A stretch of DNA of 64,000 nucleotides, from assembly GCA_030390025.1 (NCBI GenBank), contig CM059432.1, forward strand, positions 24,120,001 through 24,184,000. Reading direction: 5' to 3'. Position numbers and translations under genes: made by a program. Positions 1 to 11,929 of the stretch are shown piece by piece. The notes under the pieces were generated by a model. It saw only the letters and a program-made list of their open reading frames with translations. It had not been told where the DNA came from and did not search any database. Source of the DNA: Squalus acanthias. Lineage: Eukaryota. Every line of letters begins with the position of its first letter. Position 1 is the first letter of the stretch.

Positions 1-115
1 TTTTCAGCAGTGAGCACAAATTTTGCATGCAGTCTAAAGCATTAGCGCCTGGCACTAATTCTCCAACTTTTCTACTGATACTGCCCATTCCTGGGCTATA
101 ATGAATTTCTAGCCC
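1..115. mobile_element. Right end of a PIF/Harbinger-type element (runs off the window start)
   Basis: Ends GGGCTATAATGAATTTCTAGCCC followed by TAA; same terminus style as the element at 32120-32632. Confidence 0.6.
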
Positions 116-498
116 TAAGGGTACTAGGCATGTTTACATTGTTAAATATTACATCTTAGAGGTGACCTTATTGAGGTAGTTAATATCTTCAGGTGAACAG
201 ATAAACTGGATTCCAGGGTGTTGTTCAATTTTAATATAAGTTCCAAGACAAAGGGACATGGATTTTATATTTTATTCATTCATGTGATGTGGGCATTGCT
301 GGCAAGGCCAGAATTTATTGCCCATTGCTAATTGCCCTTGAGAAGGTGGTAGTGAGCTGTTTTCTTGAACCGCTGCAGTCCATGTGGTGAAGGTACTCCC
401 ATAGTGTTGTTAGGGAGGGAGTTCCAGTATTTTGACCCAGCGACGATGAAGGAAAAGCAATATATTTCCAAGTCAGGATGGTGTGTGACTTGAAAGGA

Positions 499-949
499 CA
501 AAGAAAGAAAGACTTGCATTTATATAGCGCCTTTCACGACCACCGAACGTCTAAAAGCACTTTACAGCCAATGAAGTACTTTTGAAGTGGACTCATGTGG
601 GAAACATGGCAGCCAATTTGTGCACAGCAAGGTCCCACAGTCATCAATGTGATAATAACCAGATAATCTGTTTTTGTTATGTTGGTTGAGGGATAAATAT
701 TGGCCAGATAATTCCGTTACTCTTCTTCAAAATAGTTCCATGGGATCTTTTACATTCACCTGAGAGGGCAGACTGGGCCTCGGTTTAACGTCTCATCCAG
801 AAGACGGCACCTCCGACAGTGCAGCACTCCCTCAGCACTGCACTGGAGTGTCAGCCTAGCTTTGTGTGCTCATAGTTCCTGGAGTGGGAACTGAACGCGC
901 AATCTTCTGACTCAAAGGCTAGTGTGCTACTCACTAAGCCACAGCTGAC
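499..949 (-). mobile_element. tRNA-derived Deu-domain SINE (SacSINE1-like), full length, nested in the LINE
   Basis: tRNA-like head, GTGCTGCACTGTCGGAGGTGCCGTC Deu-type core, (TTTC)n tail; degenerate ACTTG-AGG target duplication. Confidence 0.85.
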
Positions 950-2341
950 ACTTGGAGGGGAAGTTGCAGGTGGTGGTGTTCCCATGCGCCTGCTGCTCTT
1001 GTCTTTCCAGGTGGTAGAGGTCGCGGGTTTGGGAGGTGCTGCTGAAGAAGCCTTGGCGACTAGCTTGTAGTTGGAGCACACTGTAGCCATGGTGTGCCGA
1101 TGGTGGAGGAGTGAATGTTTAAGGTGATGGATGGGGTGGCAATCAAGCAGGCTGTTTTGTCCTGGATGGTGTCGAGCTTCTTGAGTGCTGTTGGAGCTGC
1201 ACTCATGCAGGCAAGTGGAGAGTATTCCATCACACACCTGACTTGTACCTTGTAGATAGTGGGATGGCTTTGGGGAGTCAGGAGGTGAGTCATTGGCCAC
1301 AGAATACACAGCCTCTGACCTGCTCTTGTAGCCACAGTATTGGCACAGTTGGTCCAGCTATGTTTCTGGTCAATGGTGACCATCAGGACGCTGATGGTTG
1401 GGGGATTCGGTGATGGTAACGCCTGGCACTTGTGTGGCGCCAATGTTACTTGCCACTTATCAGCCCAAGCCTGAATGTTTTCCAGGTCTTGCTGCATGCG
1501 GGCACAACCTGCTTCATTATCTGAGGAGTTGCTAATGGAACTGAACACTACTTCTTTTTTCCATGTGTGGACCAAGGTTGTAATGAGGTCTCTAGCCAAG
1601 TGGCCCTGACGGAACCCAAACTGAGCATCGGTGAGCAATTTATTGGTGAATAAGTGTCGCTTGATAGCACTGTCGACAACACCTTCCATCACTTTGCTGA
1701 TGATTGAGAATAGACTGATGGGGCGGTAATTGGCTGGATTGGATTTGTCCTGCTTTTTGTGGACAGAACATACCTGGGCAATTTTCCACATTGTCGGGTA
1801 GATGCCAGTGTTATAGCTGTACTGGAATAGCTTGGCTAGAGCTGTGGCTAGTTATGGAGCACAATTCTTCAGCACGGCGACCGGGATATTGTCGGGGCCC
1901 ACAACCTTTGTTGTATCCAGTGCACTGAGTCATTTCTTGATATCATGTGGTCTGAATTCAGTTGGCTGAAGACTAGATTCTGTGATGGTGGGGACATCGG
2001 GAGGAGGCTGAGATTGATCATCCACTCGTCATTTCTGGTTGAAGATGGTTGTGAACACTTCAGCTTGTCATTTGCACTCACATGCTGGGCTCCACTATTG
2101 TTGCGGATGGGGATGTTCATGGAGCCTCCTCCTCCTGTTAGTTGTCCACCACCATTCACGACTGGAAGTGACAGGACTGCAGAGCTTTGATCCATTGGTT
2201 GCGGAATCGCTTAGCTCTGTCTATAGCATGCTGTTTCCGCTGTGTAGCATGCATGTAATATATATTTTGTAGCTTCCCCAGGTTGGCACCTCTTTTTTAG
2301 GTATGCCTGGTGCTGCTTCTGGCATGCTCTTCTGCATTCCT

Positions 2342-2777
2342 CATAGAAACATAGAAACATAGAATCTAGGAGCAGGAGTAGGCCATTCGGCCCATCGAGC
2401 CTGCTCCGCCATTCAATACGATCATGGCTGATCATCCAAATCCAGCACCCTGTCCCTGCCCCAATCCCCACAGTACTCACATCCCACCCTACCCCCGTAA
2501 CCCCACGCATTTAATTCCCCCTAACATATCCCATCCTATCCCCATAACCCCACATATTTAATCCCCCCTAACACTAAGGGTCAATTTATCATAGCCAAAT
2601 CAACCTAACCTGCACATTTTTGGACTGTGGGAGGAAACCGGAGCACCCGGAGGAAACCCACGCAGACACGGGGAGAATGTGCAAACTCCACACAGACAGT
2701 CACCCGAGGTCAGATTCGAACCCGGGTCTCTGGCGCTGTGAGGCACCAGTGCTAACCACTATGCCACCGTGTTGCCC
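2342..2777 (-). mobile_element. HE1-like V-SINE, full length
   Basis: tRNA head (TGGCATAGTGG...GGTTCGAATC), V-domain GTGTGGAGTTTGCACATTCTCCCCGTGTCTGCGTGGGTTTCCTCCGGGTGCTCCGG, CR1-type tail ending (TTCTATGT)n. Confidence 0.9.
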
Positions 2778-3892
2778 TGGTCCCCTGGCTTAATGGTAAA
2801 GGTAGAGTGAGGGATACGCCGGGCCATGAGGTTACAGTTTGTGGTGGTATACAATTCTGCTGCTGCTGATCTGAATCTATCCCATTTAGCACGGTGGTAG
2901 TGCCACACAGTACGATGGAGAGTGTCCTCAGTGTGAAGACGGGACTTTGTCTCCAAAAGGACTGTGCGGTGGTCACTCCTACCAATCCTGTCGTGGTCAG
3001 ATGCATCTGTGAAAGGTGGATGGTGAGGACGAGGTCGAGTAGGTTTTTTCCCTCGTGTTGGTTCTCTCACCACCTGCCGCAGGCCCAGTCTGCTAGCTAT
3101 GTCCTTCAGGACTCAGCCAGTTTGGTCAGTAGTGGTGCTACCGAGCCGCTTTTAGTGATGGACATTGAAGTCCCTCACCCAGAGTAAATTCTGTACTTTG
3201 CTACCCTCAGTGCTTCTTCCAAGTGGTGTTCAACATGGACGAGTACTGATTCATCAGCTGAAGGAGGGTGGTCGGAGTTTTCTCCTTGCCCATGTTTGAC
3301 TTGATGCCATGAGACTTTATGGGGTCCGAAGTCAATGTTGAGGACTCTTAGGTCCACTCCCTCATGACTGTATTCCACTGTGCTGCCATCACCTCTGGTG
3401 GGTCTGTCCTGCCGGTGGGACAGGACATACCCAGGGATGGTGATGGAGGAGTCTGGGACGTTGGCTGAAAGGTATGATTCTGTGAGTTTGACTAGGAGCT
3501 TGACCAATCTGTGGGCCAGCTCTCTCAATTTTGGCACAAGTCCCCAGATGTTAGTGACAATACTTTGCAGGTTCGCCTGGGCTGGGTGTCATATCTGGTA
3601 CCTAGATCGATGCCAGGTGGTCCATCCGCTTTTATTCTTAGTACTGTACATTTATTTCTAGCGGTTTGGTACAACTGAGTGGCTTGCTAGGCCATTTCAG
3701 AGGCAAATAAGAGTCAACCACAGTACTCTGGGTCTGGAGTCAGACCAGGTAAGGATGGCAGATTTCCTTCCCAAAGGACTTTAGTGAACCAGATGGGTTT
3801 TTAACGACAATCCGGGAGTTTCATGGTCACCATTACTGATACTAGCTTTTTATTCCAGATTTATTTAATTAAATGAATTTAAATTCCATGGT

Positions 3893-3977
3893 GGGATTTG
3901 AACTCATGTCTCCAAATCATTCGCCCAGGCCTTTGAATTACTAGTCCAGTAACATAACCACTAAGCTACCGTACCCC
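3893..3977 (-). promoter_or_regulatory. Pol III type-2 promoter-like A box and B box at the LINE 5' end
   Basis: Minus strand TAGCTTAGTGG (3968-3958) and GAGTTCAAATCCC (3905-3893). Confidence 0.65.
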
Positions 3978-3994
3978 GTAAATGATTCAAAACA

Positions 3995-4585
3995 TTGACC
4001 AGAAACTGAACTGAACTAGCCACATAAATACCATGGCTACTTTGAGCAGGCTGGTTATACTACGGCGAGTGACTCACCTCCTGACTCCCCAAAGGCTCTC
4101 TACCAACTACAAGGCACAAGTCAGGAGTGTGATGCAATACTCTCCACTGGCCTGGATGGCTACAGCTACAACACTCAAGAAGTTCAACACTATCCAGGAC
4201 AAAGCTGTCTGCTTGATCGTCACCCCATCCACTGCCTTAAACATTCACTCCCTGCACCATCAGCATACCGTGGCTGCAATGTGTACTATCGACAGACCCA
4301 AACCTGTAACCTCCACCACCTAGAAGGACAAGAGCAGCAGTCAAGAGAGCACCATCACCTTCAGGTTCCCCTTCAAGTTACACACCAAACTGACTTGGAC
4401 ATATATTGCTGATCCTTCACTGTCGCTGGGTCAAAATCCTGGAACTCCCTACCTAACAGCATTGTAGGAGCACCTTCACCACACGGACTGCAGTGGTTCA
4501 AGAAGACGGCCCACCACCAGCTGAAGTCATCTAAGTTTGGGCAATAAATGCTGGCCTTGCCAGCGATGTCCACAGTAAAAAAAAA
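3995..4585 (+). mobile_element. 5'-truncated CR1-Zenon-like LINE 3' fragment
   Basis: ORF 4033-4323 YKAQVRSVMQYSPLAWM; same 3' UTR; A-tail at about 4577-4585. Confidence 0.85.
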
Positions 4586-4952
4586 CTTAGGCAATATGGG
4601 GCCGATTTTCTTCTCACTACCGCCTTGTTTACGCCTAAAAATGGGCGGTAGTGGGACCAAAATCAGAGGAAAAACAGGCCCATCGACTTATCACTGGAAA
4701 TCCACTCATTCCAATTTTTGGATGGACCTCGATTTAAGCGGTCGTCACCTCATTAATGTATAGAATTAAGAGTTAAATGGCACCATTTTCATCACTTCCC
4801 ACATTGTTATCATCAGTTCCTCAACCTGCCCGTAAACAGTGAACAGTACAAGTCGGGAGGTGTGCATTTCCAGTGCTATATACTCATTTGTTCTACACTA
4901 CAATGCTGCAATGGTTTGGGAGTCATTTGGCTTGTACTTAGCCAATTTTAAG

Positions 4953-5287
4953 GAAAGAAAGAAAAAGAAAGAATTGCATTTATATAGCGCCTTTCACGAC
5001 CTCAGGATGTCCCAAAGCACTTTACAGCCAATGAAGTACTTTTGAAGTGTAGTCACTGTTGTAATGTAGGAAATGCAGCAGCCAATTTGCGCACAGCAAG
5101 GTCCCACAAACAGCAATGTGATAATGATCAGATAATCTGCTTTTAGTGATGTTGTTTGAGGGATAAATATTGGCCAGGACACCAGGTATAACTCCCCAGC
5201 TCTTCTTCGAAATAGTGACATCTGGGATCTTTTAAGTCCACCTGAGATAGCAGACGGCGCCTCGGTTTAACATCTCATCCGAAAGAT
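4953..5287 (-). mobile_element. Deu-domain SINE, 5'-truncated
   Basis: High similarity to 499-949 and 62051-62523. Confidence 0.85.
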
Positions 5288-5295
5288 GCCTGCAG

Positions 5296-5408
5296 TCCTC
5301 GACCCGAAACGTTAACTCTGTTTCTCTCTCCTCAATGCTGCCTGACCTACTGAGTGTTTCCAGCATTTTCTGTTATTTCAGATTTCCAGCATCCGCAGTA
5401 TTTTGCTA
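5296..5408 (+). mobile_element. Penelope-like element 3' tail (family 2)
   Basis: GACCCGAAACGTTAACTCTGTTTCTCTC...CAGATTTCCAGCATCCGCAGTATTTTGCT, shared with 15663-15806 and the copies near 49124 and 52930. Confidence 0.7.
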
Positions 5409-6099
5409 TTGTCTTAGTAGCCTGTAGTGGTTCTTTTAACATTTTGAACTTGTAAGGGGCTTCTGGCAATACACTTTTTTCTTTATGGGGGTTCTCTGGC
5501 TAATTTCACTCTGACTACAGGATGAGGAAGAGGAGGAGCGACAGCAGGAGGAAGAAGAAAGCAGAGCTGCAGCCGCAGGGAGACCAAATAGAAAGAGACG
5601 TGCGCGCAGGAATGCTTACCCTGCCAGGACAGTGTCTCGGCTCGGGACAACATACTTACAGTTCTTTGAGGAGCTTCATCCACTTGTTATTTTGAGACCT
5701 CAGACTAGTCCATAGTGGGGGAGTCGATGTACATCATACATGAGCTGTTGGCCTGATGGACCGCCATCATTTTTCTTGTTCTATATTTTCTTATGTTCTT
5801 ATATAAGCATAAGTGTTTAAATGTATTGGGATACTAATGCAGCTAATATGCTTAATACAGTGAGGTACAGTCTGGGCTTTTGCCCCATTGAGGTTTTCTT
5901 GTAATAGTAGGTGACATCCCAACAGGATACAGCCAATTTTAACAAGAGTAGTTTTCTTCTGTTCTGAACAGTGATTGTCCCATTTCTGGCTTACTGCTTT
6001 GTCTTTCCAGTACCTTTACCAAGGCATGACTGAGGCAAACATTGTACAGTGTTTTACAAACCTTTCTAACATTTTAAAATCTATTACCTAAAACCTAAA

Positions 6100-6420
6100 A
6101 TCCATAATGAGAACAGGCTATTCAACTCCTCAAGCTCAGTCAATCCAGAGTTTTTGTGTGATTACGGACTTCCCTCCCAAACCATGTGTTGATCCTCTAC
6201 TTTAGGAGACCAATTTCCTTCCTTTCCCTCGGCATAAAAAGATCAAGCACTGTTGTCTGTAACCCTCAATCCTGCTTTTCAACAGGTAATGATCCAGTTC
6301 CTTCTTAATGGTACCAGCTGATCCCAAATGAACTTCCTTCTTTGGGAAGCGGTTCCACAAGTCCATCCCCCTGTGGGGAAAAAACAACTTTCTAATCTAA
6401 CCTTTCTCAAGCTTACTAAC
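6100..6420 (-). mobile_element. Old CR1 3' fragment
   Basis: ORF 6202-6387 FFPHRGMDLWNRFP...KKELDHYL matches the CR1 C-terminus. Confidence 0.65.
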
Positions 6421-7142
6421 AGGGCATTAGCTGTACTTTTGTGTAAGTAGTTAGCGTAATTGAACTCTTGACCTTTATCTGTTCTCCTCTTCCCTCTTTG
6501 TTTTGGTCGGTCCTATAAGGGGTTATCTCCAGACTGACTGTACCATTTCTAATAAAGGGTCAAACATTAACCTATTTTTCTCTTTCAGCATTATCTATTT
6601 TTATTTCAGATGTTTCACTTTTTTTCTCAAATCATCCTGGTTTGTCTGTGTGGTGTGCGTTGCCTTCACGGAGAAGTGTTTGCTAATAATGATATTTAAC
6701 ATTCCATTCAGTGCACTGAGAGAACATAGCAATTAGAGGGCAGTAGTAAGCTCCATTTCATCCAATGCGCAGCTGAAATCATCAGCTGAAAAATTGGGGG
6801 TAGAGGGGAGACAAGTGAATGTCATAGATAAGGGTGTCTTGGACACATAGTTCCAAGTGCAGCATATAAATCACCTGGATTGTATCCATTACCAGTAGGT
6901 CATCGTGAATATTTCCAGCCAGGACCTTGTTAGAAACAGATTAAGTGGGATCAATCTAGTTCAAGCATTCAGGACCGTAAAGCAGAAAATAAGTTAGAGT
7001 GGATTAACGTAACATACTCACTCAGAGAAATCACAGCAACACAGAATGCAGGAAACGGAAATGTCATTAAGATGAAGTGGAAATGTACTGCAGAGGCTGG
7101 GGGAAGGTACATTGTAAGGGCAATGCAAAGGAAGCAAGACAT

Positions 7143-7974
7143 GGACCTCGATATTAATCCCCTCCACAACGGGCGGGAGCGGGTCGGGTTAAAAATTTTA
7201 AAACAGGGAACTCGTCCTCAACCCGCCGCATACGCGCCTGCAGCCATTTTCACAGCGGCGGGTTACATGATGTGCGTGTGTCCTGCCATTGAGAGGTGGG
7301 ACACTTTATTAACATATTTAAATCAGGCTCCCACAGTGCAATTGGGAGCCTGATTTAAAGTAAACAGTTGCCGCGCAGGATTCCCAGGTGTCGGAAAACC
7401 CGGCAGTAAAAGGAGGCCGGGAGCTGCCGGTTCAAGAATGTAAGTGCCTTTCACAGCAAACCTTGTGGGTCAGGAGGAGAAGCAGTGCTACCCCGGCCCC
7501 ACAATAAAACCTTCAGCCTCCCCTCTGCCAATCGCGGCATCTCTCTCCCACCCGCTGCGATCGCAGACCTCTCCACCACAAGCCTTGATCTCCGGCCTTT
7601 CCCCCCCCTCCGCCCCCGCGATGTCATCTCTTCCACCCCCCCCTCGCCAAAGCATCAATCACCGTACCTTCCCCCTTCCCGTAATGGCCTCTCTCTTCAC
7701 CCCCATCCCAAGTCCTGATCTCTGGCCATTCCCCACTCCCGACTGCCAGGGAACGTCCCTAAAAGTCCCCGGCCGTGGCCTCCTGCTGCTGGTTTTCCCA
7801 CCCGGCAGCTGGCCAGCCTACTACAGTAATTTGGCCGGCTGCTGGGTGGGAAGTGAAAGAAATAAATCATACTGATCCTGCCGTTTAATTAGGCAGGACC
7901 TCCCCGTCCCCAGACTCGATGCATTCCCCGGCAGCTTTCGCCCTGGCCTGCACTCTCCCCCTAAATATCAGGGC
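7143..7974. mobile_element. Probable Harbinger-type MITE, degenerate ends
   Basis: GC/CpG-rich block bounded by GGACCTCGATATTAA and TAAATATCAGGGC; subterminal GGCGGG motifs like the other MITEs. Confidence 0.4.
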
Positions 7975-8134
7975 AATGTGTCAGCCCTGTTCTCTGCATA
8001 CCTTGAGAATAGAATGTCCATGTCATTCATCACTTCGATGAGCAAACATATGCACCCCAAGCTATTAAAAAGGAAATTTTAAAAAAACTGAGATTTTTTC
8101 TGAATCTAGTTAATCTTTTAAAGTAATAATATAT

Positions 8135-8540
8135 ATCAGCTTAGCCATTTTGGTAGCACTCTTGATACACTCCAACATAGGCTATACTGACATCTTAGTA
8201 CAGTACTAAGGGAGTTTTGAATTGTTGTAGGTAGCATCCTTTGGCTAAGACCAGTGCCCTGTGTGTCTGTTCTGGTGGTTTAGGTGGATATTGAAGATCC
8301 CATAGCATTATATGAAGAAGAGAAGGGCGTTCTCCAGGTGTCCTGGTCAACGTTTCTTCATCAACAAATACCATAAAAAACAAGCTCATTAGTTTGATTG
8401 TTCTTTGTGGAATCTTACTGGGTGCAATATGACTGCTACATTAGCCTGCATAACAATAGTCACTGCACTTAAAAATAATTAATTCCATGAAATGGTTTTA
8501 AACATTTCTGAAAAGTGTGAAAAGGTGCAATATAAATACC
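8135..8540 (+). mobile_element. Diverged Deu-domain SINE
   Basis: Colinear but decayed match to 62051-62523. Confidence 0.65.
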
Positions 8541-8599
8541 ATGCTCTAATGCTTCTTTATATTCGGAATTGCTTCAAGTAGCAGTGATTCTGTAATATG

Positions 8600-9270
8600 C
8601 TGGAACACAACTGTGAAATTTGCTCCATTTACATTGCAGAATGAATTCTGCAGCACTGTCAGCACACACAAACAGCTGCTCACGCAGTTGTTAGAATTGC
8701 AATCGCACCTCAGAGTCATGGGCCCACCATTTTCTGACCAGCGGTCCCTGTGATGAGAGCGCTTGATTGGGGAATTAGCCCCACAGTTCCTGATCTTTGT
8801 ACTGAGGTTGTTTGGAATAGCGTCGGAGGGCAAGTACTGAAAGCTTGGAGTGGGAATGGGAGGAGTATTGAATTGGCGAGCCACACGGCGATCAGTATCA
8901 TATTTGCAGACAGACTGGAGATGCTGAGCAATTTGTGTTTGGTCTCCTCAATATAGAGGAGGCCACACTATGAGCAACACATGCAGTATGCTAGATTGGA
9001 AGGAGCATGTGCAAAATTGCTGTCTTACATGGAAGGAATGCTTGGAGCCTTGACGTTGGTGAATGAACAAGTTTTGCATCTTCTATGGTTACCCTTCATA
9101 GTGATGCAGGAAGGGCGGCTAGAAGTGATGAAGGAGGGCAGGCAGTAGTGAAGGATGGAGCAGACTTCATGAGATGAATAGCCTTTTCTCAGTGTATACG
9201 TTCATATGTTTTAGAGGGCTTTGATGGAAGATTGAACAATGCTTTGCTCTTCCATCACCACCTCAGATGG
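8600..9270 (-). mobile_element. Old Penelope-like GIY-YIG remnant
   Basis: Minus strand near 8970-8935 reads CGLLYIEETK (YIGET motif); boundaries approximate. Confidence 0.55.
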
Positions 9271-9929
9271 TTCAGTTTGTAAGTGCGCCATCCAACATGG
9301 AGCCAAATTATATTGAAATAGAAGGTCGAAGATTTGATCCTTGGTCTATGCTGAGATAGCTGATCTAGTGAGCAGCAGTAGAGGTGCTACAATCAGTCAC
9401 AGCACCCCTGGTCTAGGAAGTAGAATATCATCAAAGAGTTGCAATCCTGATTGGTAACCAAAGACATAGCTGGATGTATGTATGGACATTGGGTAAGGAC
9501 AAGAATGAGCTTGAATATCATGCCCACTGCGATGAATAGCCTGAACTATCAAGGCCAACTAATAAGGATCACTTGTGGCAAGCACTATAAGGTGACTGAT
9601 ACCTTTGGAACCATAACCCAGCAGAGAGTGAAAGCCTGCAGGAGAGGCAGCGTGGGGAGGGCAGGGAAAATGATTTAAAAAAGGCTGCTTTTAGTGACAC
9701 CACAAGTCCCGGCCAGAAGGGAGATGATTGGGTAATGTCACCGTCAATCATGCCTGGAGACTGCCGTGCTGTAAGTGACTGGGATGGATTTTACGCACAT
9801 AATTTGTGTTCTGTAACTATCCTCCACTCACTGCATTTTGCTGGAGAAATAATCCTAATTTTATAGGTAGACTCTACTGTAGTTTCGGTCATGTTTCGGT
9901 TTCTGTTTGCTGTAGTTCGTCGACACTCT

Positions 9930-10617
9930 GGGCTCGATTTTGTCATTGGGGCGGGCTGGGGTCATGTCATCCACTTTTCGTGTTAGCCACCCGACTCCAA
10001 TTGGATGTGGGAGAATTATTCGATTTTCCCCTAATTGGGCAATTGAGTTCCAGCATGTGGGAACCCATGACCCAATGAGTATTTTCAGTCTGAAAGTCGC
10101 CTCTGATGATGTCATCATTGCTGCTGCATTTAAGGTCTGCAAAGACTGGGAAGCGTTTGACCTTTGCGAGGAGGAGGAGGAGGAGGAAGAAGAGGAAGAG
10201 GAAGAGGAAGAGGAAGAGGAAGAGGAAGAGGAAGAGGAAGAGGAACAACAACAACTGCTAAACGTTACCCCAGAATGATGATAGATCGAATCCCCTTCCT
10301 AATGGTGGACCTGCAACTGATGGTCAGCAATCCAAGTATGCTACCGCCAGGTTTCACCGTCGTGTTTCAGAGGAGGCGTGCATCATGTCGGAAAAGTGTT
10401 AAAATCAGAAAGGCCTCTCAAAATGGGATTATAGAGGCAATTAAGTGGTTCTTAAGGGGCTATCCCGCCTCTTGGAGGCGGGACGGAGACGGGATCAGAA
10501 ACCACGCATTTGGGAAAATTGCATGGAGGCGGGGTCAGGCCTGCCCGCCATTTTTTGTAATTTTAACACCCCACACACCTCCATTCCTGCCTCCTCGGGC
10601 CTGGCAAAATCCAGCCC
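9930..10617. mobile_element. Harbinger-type MITE
   Basis: TIRs GGGCTCGATTTTG / CAAAATCCAGCCC; 3-bp TSD TCT; homologous in reverse to 11444-12216. Confidence 0.8.
10168..10255. repeat. (GAG)n-(GAGGAA)n-(CAA)n microsatellite inside the MITE
   Basis: Directly visible; it generates the poly-E, poly-RG and poly-LF ORFs. Confidence 0.95.
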
Positions 10618-11307
10618 TCTATTTACAGATTCTGTTTGCTGTAAAATAGATTCTGTTTGCTATAAGTCATCCCCCCTCCCCCGACCCCATCTCCAACTCA
10701 TTGGTTGACACAGTGGTGTCAATACTCACTCCGTAAAAAAAATTAAGGCAGTGTTTCTTTACTTGATGACCATTCAGTGATCCCTGTTGGTAATTGGGAT
10801 ATTGGTTGAGGATAGGATAAGGAACAGCTGGGAAAGCCATTTGAGCTACTGGAACTATACTCCAGCAATGGGTTGACTGTCGTACAATTTTTTTTACTGT
10901 GCGCCTATTTTTCTGTTTTATATATTTGCTGAAAATTAATTCAAAATCTGTGCTCCATTGAACTACATTTGATTTATGAGAATTTCATGTGCAGAGTATC
11001 ATCAGGTGTGAATGTTATTGCTTACTTTTGTTTAAAAACCAGTGATGTGAACAGAAATTAAGGTCGGTGCTGTCTGAAGCAGAGTTTACCCAATTTGTTT
11101 TGCACAAGGGATGCTAGCTCCCTTGATGGTTCATTGCCTAATGTGGTATTGAGAAGTCTGAGGTTCAATCCTCAGTCTGTGCTGAATTTGCAGATGTCAT
11201 TCAGGGGCAATATGGACCCACAGTGGATCTCAGAATTCCTGAAATTGGGGCGGGGGCTAGAGGGATGAATCAGTCAGAATTCCCACTCCTCATGATTCTA
11301 GTGACTC

Positions 11308-11894
11308 ATAAGAACATAAGAAATAGGAGCAGGAGTTGGCCATAAGGCCCCTCGAGCCTGTTCCGCCATTCAATAAGATCATGGCTGATCTTCAACCTCA
11401 ACTCCATGTTCCTGCCTGATCTCCATATCCCTTAATACTCTTAGGGCTGGATTTTGAATGACCCATGGAGTCGGGTTTGGAGGCGTGTGGGGGATTAAAT
11501 TTGCGGGGTCGGGGTTTCCGACACTATCCCGACTCCATCCCGCCTCCACGCAATTTTGACATAATCAGTCGCGGGGTTCCCGATTCCGTCCCACCTCCAA
11601 GAGGCGGGAGAGGCCATTAAAGCCCTTAACAAGCTCTAAATTGGCTCTGTAATGCCATTTTGAAACGCTGTAGCTAGTTTAACCCTCTTTTGACGTGAAG
11701 CACGCCTGGTGTGAAACACTCCAGTGAAACCTGGCGGGAGCACAAGTGGATAGCTGACTATCGGCTGCAAGTCCACTATTATGACAGAGATGTGATGAAG
11801 GTGGTAGTAGTAGTGTTAGGTCTGAACATTGCCTCTGATGCTGCTGCATTGAATGTCTTCAGAGACTGCCTGGGAGGACTTACTTGGCAAAAAA

Positions 11895-11929
<35 letters not shown>

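Larger units (their letters stand above)
270..3977 (-). mobile_element. CR1-Zenon-like LINE, near full length, degenerate single EN-RT ORF, tRNA-like 5' head; interrupted by two SINEs
   Basis: AP-endonuclease pieces (LTESYL, RQDRPTRG), RT pieces (NYRPISLFSIISKVME, QFGFRQG, YKVQVRCVMEYSPLA) and C-terminus HHLLKGN*; internal deletion near 1548; colinear with the copy at 56144-59295. Confidence 0.85.
4598..5680 (+). mobile_element. Old Harbinger left end with transposase N-terminal remnant, interrupted by a SINE and a PLE tail
   Basis: Starts GGGGCCGATTTTC; about 5615-5673 reads YPARTVSRLGTTYLQFFEE, similar to the YP..VYR...SYL motif of the other transposases here. Confidence 0.45.

Noticed and set aside
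9781..9929. Extra TIR-like GGGATGGATTTT upstream of the MITE
   Set aside because: No matching right end with a TSD; the 9930 boundary has a perfect TCT duplication.
9940..10649. ORFs with poly-E, poly-RG and poly-LF tracts
   Set aside because: All are frames of one microsatellite inside a MITE.
9300..11300. Very old tRNA-type SINE relics (about 9300-9600, 11110-11300, also 54650-55040)
   Set aside because: Likely real, but too decayed to bound or name reliably.
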